DNA of 55,452 bases from Gemmatimonas sp. (lineage in GTDB: Bacteria; Gemmatimonadota; Gemmatimonadetes; Gemmatimonadales; Gemmatimonadaceae): assembly GCA_044376625.1 (NCBI GenBank), contig JBILKP010000001.1:1-55452 (forward strand), in the 5' to 3' direction. Shown here piece after piece: positions 8,835 to 19,923 of this stretch. Under the pieces are notes generated by a model. That model saw nothing but the letters and a program-made list of their open reading frames with translations. It did not search any database and was not told the origin of the DNA. The first letter of the stretch is position 1. Every line of letters starts with the position of its first letter. Both the position numbers and the translations under genes were made by a program.

Positions 8835-10069
8835 GCACCGGCCGCGCGGCGGCGCTTCGGGTCGCCCTCCTGGCCGCGCTGGCCACCGCCTGCCGCGCCC
8901 CCGAGTCCGCCCGCGCCCCGTTCGAGGCGCCCGCGCTCACGCTGGTCCCCGCCCCCGCGCTCCGCATCGAGAGCCCCGTGGGGAGCGACTGCAACCGCCC
9001 GTCCTTCTGGATCGGCGACCGCTTCTACCAGGTCGTCTCCAACCAGCACGCCTGGCGCAGCGTCGGCGGGCGCGACGCGGCCACCGCCCAGGCGTTCACG
9101 CTGGCGCGCTTCGCCGACGACCATCCGGCCTTTGCGTGGGACAGCGCCAGCCGGTGGTATGTGCGCGACATCAACAGCGCCGCGGACCCCACCCCCACCC
9201 CCATGCGGTGGATCGAGTCGGTGTATCGGCGCCCCGCCGACGGCGCGCTCTTCGGGTTGTATCACCTGGAGGAGGGGCCGTACGTCCGCTGCGGGGCCCC
9301 CTTCGAGCGCCCGTATCTCTCGGTGCCGCACATCGGGCTGGCCCGGTCGGACGACGACGGCCTCAGCTGGCGCAACCTGGGGCTCATCCTCAGCGACGGC
9401 AGCTTCCCCATCCACTGCGACCTCCCCATCCGGTTTTTCGCCGGCGGCGTGGGAGACCCCAGCATGGCGGTGGGCCCCGACAGCGCGTACGCCTACATCG
9501 CCTTCACCGACTACTCGGGACGCGACCCCGCCACCCAGGGGATCCAGCTGGCGCGCCTCGCGCTGACCGACCTGGACGCGCCGCTGCACCCCGACGGGCG
9601 CAGCAAGGCGCGGCGCTGGCACCGCGGCACGTGGAGCGGCCCCGGCCTGCAGGGCACCCCCGGGGCGCGGGTGGGGCAAACCTGGGCCCCCGTCCCGCTG
9701 GGGCAGGGCACCCCCATCCTCCCGCCGGCGCGCTCCTGGCAGGACCCGGCCGGGGGCGGCTTCTGGGGGCCGTCGCTGTCGTGGAACACGCATCTGGGGG
9801 CCTTCGTGCTGCTCCTCAACAACGTGTCGGGGGCGCGCGCCTTCGACGCGGAGGGGAACTACATCACGTACCTCCCGGACATGGCGGCGCCCCTGCCCGT
9901 GCCTCGCGTGCCGCAGCGCCTCCAGGACCTGCCGGGGGCGCCGGCGTCGGGGTGGTACGTGCAGGCGCTGGGGGATCCCGCCATGCAGGGGACCAGCGCC
10001 CTCACCGGGCAGGATGCGCGCCTGTTCGTGGGGGACCGCTCCACGGTGCGGCTGCGTTTCGGGCGCTAG
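8831..10069 (+). CDS. Putative lipoprotein with glycoside-hydrolase-like beta-propeller
   Basis: Lipobox LATAC, Asp-box SDDDGLSW, GLYHLE, GGVGDPS, FWGPSLSWN. GTGA overlap with the paiB stop. Confidence 0.65.
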   Translation: MSTGRAAALRVALLAALATACRAPESARAPFEAPALTLVPAPALRIESPVGSDCNRPSFWIGDRFYQVVSNQHAWRSVGGRDAATAQAFTLARFADDHPAFAWDSASRWYVRDINSAADPTPTPMRWIESVYRRPADGALFGLYHLEEGPYVRCGAPFERPYLSVPHIGLARSDDDGLSWRNLGLILSDGSFPIHCDLPIRFFAGGVGDPSMAVGPDSAYAYIAFTDYSGRDPATQGIQLARLALTDLDAPLHPDGRSKARRWHRGTWSGPGLQGTPGARVGQTWAPVPLGQGTPILPPARSWQDPAGGGFWGPSLSWNTHLGAFVLLLNNVSGARAFDAEGNYITYLPDMAAPLPVPRVPQRLQDLPGAPASGWYVQALGDPAMQGTSALTGQDARLFVGDRSTVRLRFGR

Positions 10070-10086
10070 GGGAGGGGGGACGCACA

Positions 10087-10118
10087 AACGGCCGGTTCCC
10101 AAGGGGGAACCGGCCGTT
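10087..10118. terminator. Probable bidirectional intrinsic terminator
   Basis: 14-bp perfect stem AACGGCCGGTTCCC-aagg-GGGAACCGGCCGTT between the convergent CDS and tRNA operon. Confidence 0.75.
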
Positions 10119-10139
10119 GGACTGTATCTGTTGTCCCAG

Positions 10140-10213
10140 TCGGGGCGACTGGATTTGAACCAGCGACCTCCTGCTCCCGAAGCAGGCGCTCTACCGGGCT
10201 AAGCTACGCCCCG
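10140..10213 (-). tRNA. tRNA-Pro(CGG)
   Basis: Cloverleaf CGGGGCGTAGCTTAGCCCGGTAGAGCG..., anticodon loop TTCGGGA, T-loop GGTTCAAATCC. Confidence 0.95.
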
Positions 10214-10247
10214 TGCGACTCCGTCCCGCCACTCCACCGACCCGTCA

Positions 10248-10321
10248 CGCGCCTGGAAGGACTCGAACCTCCAACCTTCTGATCCGTAGTCAGATGCTCT
10301 ATCCAATTGAGCTACAGGCGC
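10248..10321 (-). tRNA. tRNA-Arg(ACG)
   Basis: GCGCCTGTAGCTCAATTGGATAGAGCA..., anticodon arm TCTGA-CTACGGA-TCAGA. Confidence 0.95.
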
Positions 10322-10393
10322 TTGCACCTTCACCGGCCGGAGCCGCCCCGCCGGAGCCGTCCCGGCCTCCGTCCCGCCCTGCTGGGTCCCGCA

Positions 10394-10467
10394 TGGGTCG
10401 TACAAGACTCGAACTTGTGACCTCCACGATGTCAACGTGGCGCTCTAACCAACTGAGCTAACGACCC
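10394..10467 (-). tRNA. tRNA-Val(GAC)
   Basis: GGGTCGTTAGCTCAGTTGGTTAGAGCG..., anticodon arm CCACG-TTGACAT-CGTGG. Confidence 0.95.
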
Positions 10468-10510
10468 AGACATCGTCCCGCGCCAGCAGCCTGCACCTGC
10501 ACCTACGAGG

Positions 10511-10583
10511 AGCGGGAAACGGGACTCGAACCCGCGACCCCAACCTTGGCAAGGTTGTGCTCTACCAACTGAGCTATTCCCGC
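10511..10583 (-). tRNA. tRNA-Gly(GCC)
   Basis: GCGGGAATAGCTCAGTTGGTAGAGCA..., anticodon arm CAACC-TTGCCAA-GGTTG. Confidence 0.95.
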
Positions 10584-10684
10584 ACGGGGCCGGAGGAGCC
10601 GCCACAGCGACACCCGCCAGCCACCGGTCCGTCCGCCTGACCGTGAGCCACCACACCCACCCTGCCACACGAACCGTCCCGGGA

Positions 10685-10757
<73 letters not shown>

Positions 10758-10831
10758 GGGCGCGACACCCTCGCGCTGGCGGCTCCGGCAACCCCGCCGA
10801 AGTCCCGGCGCGAGGGCGTCAGGAACCGCAG

Positions 10832-10860
10832 ATGATAGCGGGGTGTATGTCCTGCGTCAA
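10832..10860 (-). promoter_or_regulatory. Sigma-70 promoter of the tRNA operon
   Basis: Minus strand TTGACG-17 bp-TATCAT, about 75 bp upstream of tRNA-Ala. Confidence 0.75.
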
Positions 10861-11143
10861 GCTGTTCACCCATGTTCCCGCACCGCGCGTGGGAACCCGA
10901 GACTGGCGCCAACCCTTTCACCTCGTATCTTGGAGGGCTCCACCCGGAACGCGTCACCGGTTACGCCGCGCCGCACCCGGCCCGCGGGGCCACCCGCCCA
11001 GGGCCACTCGCCGCGCGCCCGCACGCCTCCGGTCACTCGCAGGCATCGCTCCGCACCGCTCCACCTCGCCGTGCTTCGCCTGTTCGCGCCACCCCACTGT
11101 CGTCCGTCTTCTTCGCTCAATATCTGCGCCTGAGCTCGAGCAT

Positions 11144-12034
11144 ATGACCACCGAAGTCAAGCGGAAGCGCCGTCGTGCCGCCCCGGCGGGGATCGCCCCC
11201 TCCGAGCCGGAGCGCGACATCCTCGACCAGTACCTCTACGAGGTCAGCACCTACCCCCTCCTCAAGGCCGCCGAGGAGATCGACCTCGCCAAGAAGATCC
11301 GCGCCGGCGACCAGGACGCCCTCCAGGAGCTCGTGAAGCGCAACCTGCGCTTCGTCATCTCCGTCGCCAAGAAGTACCAGAACCGCGGCCTCCCCCTCAT
11401 CGACCTCATCGGCGAGGGGAACGTCGGCCTCCTCACCGCGGCGCGGAAGTTCGACCCCGACCAGGGGGTCAAGTTCATCTCCTACGCCGTCTGGTGGATC
11501 CGCCAGGCCATCCTGTCGTCGCTCGCGCGCCAGGGGCGCACCGTCCGCGTCCCCCTCAACCGCACCGCCGACCTCTCCCGCATCATCAAGGCCTCCGAGC
11601 TCCTCCGGCAGAAGCTCCGCCGCGAACCCTCCCCCGAGGAGCTCTCGCAGGTCACCGGGCTCTCGGTGGACGTCGTCCAGTCGCTCGCCGCCCTCAACAC
11701 CGGCGATGTCCGCCTCGACGCCCCCATGGACCCCGACGGCGACCGCTCCCTCATCGAGCGCTTCGTCGCCGACGAGATGCCCGACACCGAGGAGGAGGCC
11801 ATGAACCGCTTCCTCACCGACGAGATCGAGCAGGCCCTCGGCACCCTCCCGCAGCGCGACGCCAAGGTCCTCAAGCTCTACTTCGGGCTCGAGGGGGGGC
11901 GCGAGCACACCCTCGAGGAGATCGGCTCCATGCTCGGCGTCACCCGCGAGCGCGTCCGCCAGCTCCGCGATCGCGCCCTCAAGCGCCTCCGCGAGGGCGA
12001 CGTCGGCCGCGCCCTCTCCTCCTTCGCCGCCTAG
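11144..12034 (+). CDS. RNA polymerase sigma-70 factor, RpoD/SigA family, lacking region 1.1
   Basis: LDQYLYE..LL..EE (region 1.2), NLRFVISVAKKY, DLIGEGNVGL, KFISYAVWWIRQAI, TLEEIG..GVTRERVRQ. Confidence 0.95.
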   Translation: MTTEVKRKRRRAAPAGIAPSEPERDILDQYLYEVSTYPLLKAAEEIDLAKKIRAGDQDALQELVKRNLRFVISVAKKYQNRGLPLIDLIGEGNVGLLTAARKFDPDQGVKFISYAVWWIRQAILSSLARQGRTVRVPLNRTADLSRIIKASELLRQKLRREPSPEELSQVTGLSVDVVQSLAALNTGDVRLDAPMDPDGDRSLIERFVADEMPDTEEEAMNRFLTDEIEQALGTLPQRDAKVLKLYFGLEGGREHTLEEIGSMLGVTRERVRQLRDRALKRLREGDVGRALSSFAA

Positions 12035-12147
12035 CCGGCCACCGGCCCCCGCCTCCGGGCGCCCCCGCGCGGGGGCGCCCGCCCCCGGCGGCCCGCGGGA
12101 CGCCGCCCCTCGCGCGACGCCCCGCCGCCCGCCATCTTCGACGGGCC

Positions 12148-12927
12148 ATGATCGAACTCAAGGACGTCCACAAGGCCTTCGGGCCCAAGGAAGTGCTCCG
12201 CGGCTTCTCCCTCCAGGTCCGCGAGGGGGAGACCATGGTCATCATCGGCTTCTCCGGCACCGGGAAGTCCGTCGCCATCAAGCACATCGTCGGCCTCCTC
12301 GACCCCGACCAGGGGGAGGTGTGGGTCGACGGCCAGCGCGTCGACCAGCTGGACCGCAAGGCCCTCTACGCCCTGCGCGGCAACATCGGCTACGTCTTCC
12401 AGTTCGCCGCCCTCTTCGACTCCATGACCGTCGGCGAGAACGTCGCCATGGGGCTCCGTAAGCAGGGGCAGCTCGCCGAGGCCGAGATCACCGTCCGCGT
12501 CCGCGAGGCGCTCGCCCTCGTCGACCTCCCCGGCGTGGAGGACCGCATGCCCGCCGAGCTCTCCGGCGGCATGCGCAAGCGCGTCGGCATCGCCCGCGCC
12601 ATCGCCCTCCGCCCCAAGTACATCCTGTACGACGAGCCCACCACCGGCCTCGACCCCGTCACCGCCGCCACCATCGACGCCCTCATGGTCCGCATGCGCG
12701 ACCAGCTCGGCGTCACCGGCGTCGTCATCACGCACGACATGCGCTCCGCCTACACCGTGGGCACCCGCATCGCCATGCTCTACGAGGGGCGCGTGCGCGC
12801 GGTGGGCACGGTGGACGAGATCCGCCACAGCACCGATCCGGTGGTCCGGCAGTTCATCGAGGGGAAGCCCACGCTCGACGACGAGCCCGCCCCGACGGCC
12901 GCCCCCCTGGCCGCCGCGCCGGCCTGA
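12148..12927 (+). CDS. ABC transporter ATP-binding protein (MlaF/Mkl-like)
   Basis: Walker A GFSGTGKS, VFQFAALFDSMTVGENV, ELSGGMRKRVGIARA, YDEPTTGLDP, DPVVRQFIEG. Confidence 0.92.
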   Translation: MIELKDVHKAFGPKEVLRGFSLQVREGETMVIIGFSGTGKSVAIKHIVGLLDPDQGEVWVDGQRVDQLDRKALYALRGNIGYVFQFAALFDSMTVGENVAMGLRKQGQLAEAEITVRVREALALVDLPGVEDRMPAELSGGMRKRVGIARAIALRPKYILYDEPTTGLDPVTAATIDALMVRMRDQLGVTGVVITHDMRSAYTVGTRIAMLYEGRVRAVGTVDEIRHSTDPVVRQFIEGKPTLDDEPAPTAAPLAAAPA

Positions 12928-12933
12928 CGGCCG

Positions 12934-13404
12934 ATGCCCCCGACGCCGGCCCCGCGGCCGCGCCCCGCCCCCGCCCCCGCCGAGCCCGCCCGCGAGACCT
13001 CGGCCGGGGGGGTCGTCTTCCGGCTGGAAGGCGGGCAGCCCCGCTACCTCCTCATTCGCGACAGCTACCGCAACTGGGGCTTCCCCAAGGGACACCTGGA
13101 AGGGGAGGAAGGCGCGGAGACCGCCGCCCTGCGCGAAGTGCGCGAGGAAACGGGGCTGGCCGACGTCACCGTGGAAGCCCCCATCGACACCATCGAGTGG
13201 TCGTTCCGCTTCCGCGGCAAGCGCATCCACAAGGTGTGCCACTTCTACCTCATGCAGGCCACCAGCGCCCGCACCCGGCCGCAGCGCGCCGAGGGGATCA
13301 CCGCCTGCCGGTGGGTGCCCTTCGACGACGCCGTGCGCATGGTCTCCTACGCCAACGCGCGCGACGTGCTCCGCCGCGCCCACGCGGCGGTGACCGCCCC
13401 GTGA
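12934..13404 (+). CDS. NUDIX hydrolase (Ap4A hydrolase-like)
   Basis: SAGGVVF and Nudix box WGFPKGHLEGEE..ETAALREVREETG. Confidence 0.92.
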   Translation: MPPTPAPRPRPAPAPAEPARETSAGGVVFRLEGGQPRYLLIRDSYRNWGFPKGHLEGEEGAETAALREVREETGLADVTVEAPIDTIEWSFRFRGKRIHKVCHFYLMQATSARTRPQRAEGITACRWVPFDDAVRMVSYANARDVLRRAHAAVTAP

Positions 13405-13422
13405 GCCGGCCGTGAGGGGCGC

Positions 13423-14241
13423 ATGACGCCGGCGCCGCGCGGCACCGGCGAGGGAGGGGCGCCCCCCCTCACCGTGGTCACCCTGCTGCGCCGCGAGCGG
13501 GCGCGCACCCTGGTGCGCGCCGCCTTCCCGCGGCGCCGCGCGCAGCTGGTGGCCGCCCGGTCGGCCGACGCGGTGGCCGAGGCCGTGACCACGCAGCTGG
13601 TGGACGCCGTCCTGGTCGATGGTGGCGCCGGGGAGGAGGCCCAGCGGCTGGTGGCCCGGGCCGCCGACTACCCCAGCATCCCCACCCTGCTGATCACCCC
13701 GCTGCTGCCGGCCGACGCGCCGCTGGTGGGGCGCGCGGTGGCGGGCGGGGTGGCCGACCTGCTGGTGGAGGGGGTGGACGAGGCGGCGGCGCGGGAACTG
13801 GTGCTGCGGCATGCCTTCACCCCCCGTTTCGAGCGGGCCCTGGCCACGCCGCCGGAGGGGCTGCGGCTGGGGTCGCCGCTGCAGCTGGCCGTGTGGCAGG
13901 CGCTGGTGCGGCGGGCCGGGCGCCCGGTGCGCACCGACCAGCTGGCCCGGGAGCTGGCCGTCTCCCGGGAGCACCTGTCCCGGTCGTTCGCCGTGGGGGA
14001 GGCCCCCACGCTCAAGCGGGTGATCGACCTGGTGCGGCTGATGGCGGCGGCCGAGCTGGCCAAGAACGCCGCCCTGGACCTCCGGCACGTGGCGCGGATC
14101 CTGGGGTTCGCGTCGGCCAGCCACCTGAGCGCCACGACGCAGCGGCTGGTGGGGACGCGGGCGAGCTCGCTGACGCGGCTGCGGACGGTGGACCTGCTGC
14201 AGCGGGCGACCGCCCCCGGTTGCTTTGCCCCCGGCTCGTGA
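13423..14241 (+). CDS. AraC-type HTH protein with degenerate receiver-like N-terminus
   Basis: LARELAVSREHLSRSF and VARILGFASASHLS..RLVG double HTH. Confidence 0.8.
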   Translation: MTPAPRGTGEGGAPPLTVVTLLRRERARTLVRAAFPRRRAQLVAARSADAVAEAVTTQLVDAVLVDGGAGEEAQRLVARAADYPSIPTLLITPLLPADAPLVGRAVAGGVADLLVEGVDEAAARELVLRHAFTPRFERALATPPEGLRLGSPLQLAVWQALVRRAGRPVRTDQLARELAVSREHLSRSFAVGEAPTLKRVIDLVRLMAAAELAKNAALDLRHVARILGFASASHLSATTQRLVGTRASSLTRLRTVDLLQRATAPGCFAPGS

Positions 14242-14253
14242 TAAATTTCACAA
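14220..14253 (+). promoter_or_regulatory. Putative atp promoter overlapped by a Rex-like operator
   Basis: TTGCTT-16 bp-TAAATT with an extended TG. TCGTGATAAATTTCACAA (14236-14253) differs from the Rex consensus TTGTGAANNNNTTCACAA at 2 positions. Confidence 0.6.
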
Positions 14254-14346
14254 GCTGGCCCCGGTAGGCGGCGCCGGCGTCCCGCGGCTCCCCGGCGGCG
14301 CCACGCCCGGTCCGCGCGCCCGGCCACAACGGCGCGCGCGCGGCGC

Positions 14347-14386
14347 CCGCTCCCTGTTCCGCTCCTGGTTCCGCTCCTGGTACCGC
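14347..14386. repeat. 12-bp tandem repeat, about 3.3 copies, in the atpA leader
   Basis: CCGCTCCCTGTT CCGCTCCTGGTT CCGCTCCTGGTA CCGC. Confidence 0.8.
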
Positions 14387-14430
14387 GCGTCCCGATCCCT
14401 CGTCCCTTTCCCGCTCCTCCCAGCGTTCTC

Positions 14431-18336
<3,906 letters not shown>

Positions 18337-18338
18337 CC

Positions 18339-18602
18339 GTGCCCAGCGAGCTGGCGGTCTCGGTGATCTCCCCCGAGCGGGTGCTGTTCGAGGGGACGGC
18401 GACGGCGGCGGTGGTCCCCGCCTTCGACGGCGAGGTGGGGATCCTCCCGCAGCATGCCCCGCTGATGACGCTGCTGGGGCGCGGCACCCTGCGCCTCGAC
18501 ACCGGCGCGGGGCCCCGGCGCTTCCGCGTGGGCGGGGGCTTCCTGCAAGTGGTCGACGACCAGGTGCGGGTGGTGACGGAGGAGGCCGAGGCGATCGGCT
18601 GA
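18339..18602 (+). CDS. atpC: F0F1 ATP synthase subunit epsilon (short, 87 aa)
   Basis: GTG start, then VISPERVLFEG..GEVGILPQHAP..VGGGFLQV. Follows atpD directly. Confidence 0.93.
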   Translation: MPSELAVSVISPERVLFEGTATAAVVPAFDGEVGILPQHAPLMTLLGRGTLRLDTGAGPRRFRVGGGFLQVVDDQVRVVTEEAEAIG

Positions 18603-18610
18603 GCAGGCTG

Positions 18611-18648
18611 GCGAGGGGCGCCCGACAGGGCGCCCCTCGCGCATTTTC
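18611..18648 (+). terminator. Intrinsic terminator after the atp operon
   Basis: 13-bp stem GCGAGGGGCGCCC-gaca-GGGCGCCCCTCGC followed by GCATTTT. Confidence 0.75.
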
Positions 18649-18744
18649 CACCGGACGCAACGAAGTCGGTGCCCGGTGCGTAGGCAGGTCAGGACCGCCG
18701 GTGCGTGGCGGCCACTGCCCTCTTCACCCGGTTCTCCCGTCCGC

Positions 18745-19641
18745 ATGCCGCACCGCGCTGTCGTGCTCGGCGAGGCGCCCCCCGAGCTGGTCGACCTGCT
18801 CGAGCGCTGCGCCCCGCCCCTGGATGTCGTGCTGGATCCGCCGGCGGCCGACCGCGAGGCGGCGCGCCGCGCGCTGGCCGAGCGCCCGGCGGTGGCCATC
18901 GTCATGGCTGCACTGGCCGACGGCCCGGCGCTCCCCCTGCTGCGGGCGCTCCCGGTCGAGGCGCGTCCCGGCGCGCTGGTCGTCTGCTCCCCGCGCGAAG
19001 GGGACGCCGTGCGGGCCTTCGAGGTGCACGCCACCGACTTCCTGCTCCTCCCGACCTCCGCGCCGCGGGTGGCCGAGGCGCTGGCGCGGGCGCGGCAGCA
19101 GCTGCTGCAGGGCGAGCTGCTGCGCGCCGCCGACGAGCTGCAGCGCCTGCTGGGCGAGGGCGGGGCGCCCCCGGCCTGGCGCGGCGAGGATGGGGGGGCG
19201 CGCCGGCGGCGCGCCGGCGGGGGGGCGGGGACACTGGTGGCCACGCAGCCGCGCCGGGTGACCGCGCCACACCCTGATGAAGGGGTGCTGGACCTGGCGG
19301 CGGACGGGGACGGGGCCGCGGTGGGCCACCCGCTGCGCGTGCTGGTCCGGGACGGGCGCCGCACCCGCTTCGTGCCGCTGGCCGAGGTCGACTGGTTCGA
19401 GGCCGACGGGAATTACATCGTCATCCATGCCGGGGGGGCGGCGTTTCGGACCCGGGGGACGATCGTGGCCGTCGAACAGGCGCTCGATCCGCGGCAGTTT
19501 GTCCGGATCCACCGGCGCCGGGTGGTGAACATGGACCGGGTCCGGGAGCTGGTCCCCCTCCCCGGGGGGGATGGCCTCCTGACCCTGGGGGACGGGACCA
19601 CGCTGCGCCTGTCGCGGACCTTCCGGACCCGAGTCCGGTAG
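18745..19641 (+). CDS. LytTR-family regulator with degenerate receiver domain
   Basis: AVRAFEVHATDFLLLP (receiver end). LytTR domain WFEADGNY..LDPRQFVRIHR..VVNMD..LSRTFR. Confidence 0.85.
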   Translation: MPHRAVVLGEAPPELVDLLERCAPPLDVVLDPPAADREAARRALAERPAVAIVMAALADGPALPLLRALPVEARPGALVVCSPREGDAVRAFEVHATDFLLLPTSAPRVAEALARARQQLLQGELLRAADELQRLLGEGGAPPAWRGEDGGARRRRAGGGAGTLVATQPRRVTAPHPDEGVLDLAADGDGAAVGHPLRVLVRDGRRTRFVPLAEVDWFEADGNYIVIHAGGAAFRTRGTIVAVEQALDPRQFVRIHRRRVVNMDRVRELVPLPGGDGLLTLGDGTTLRLSRTFRTRVR

Positions 19642-19739
19642 CGCGCGGCGGGCGGCCCCGGGGACGGCTGCCGTCACGCCGTGGCAGGGGCGCGCACGGG
19701 CGAGGGACGGGAGGGACCTGCGGGGGGGGGGGGCGCCGA

Positions 19740-19767
19740 TTGACAGCGCCCCCCCCCCTGCTAGCTT
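19740..19767 (+). promoter_or_regulatory. Sigma-70 promoter of the TBDR operon with a poly-C spacer
   Basis: TTGACA(19740)-16 bp containing C10-TAGCTT(19762), with an extended TG. Confidence 0.6.
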
Positions 19768-19923
19768 CTGGGGATGCGCAATGCTGACCGCACGGTGACG
19801 TGCGTCACGTTGCGCGCGGTGCCGTGTGGCCTCGCCGGCACTTCCCGCCCCACAGCATGGGCGGCGCCCTCCTTCCGGCCGGGAGGCGGCGTCGTCCGTG
19901 GCCCCACCCTCCCGGAGGAGCAG

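Noticed and set aside
1-10140. Possible genomic island integrated at tRNA-Pro
   Set aside because: No integrase, duplicated tRNA 3' end or clear composition shift in the window.
10832-11143. N-terminal extensions in the ORF track for the sigma factor, and likewise for ABC, atpD, atpC, PaiB, GWxTD and the cargo protein
   Set aside because: They are low-complexity open frames upstream of the real starts, overlapping promoters or neighbouring genes.
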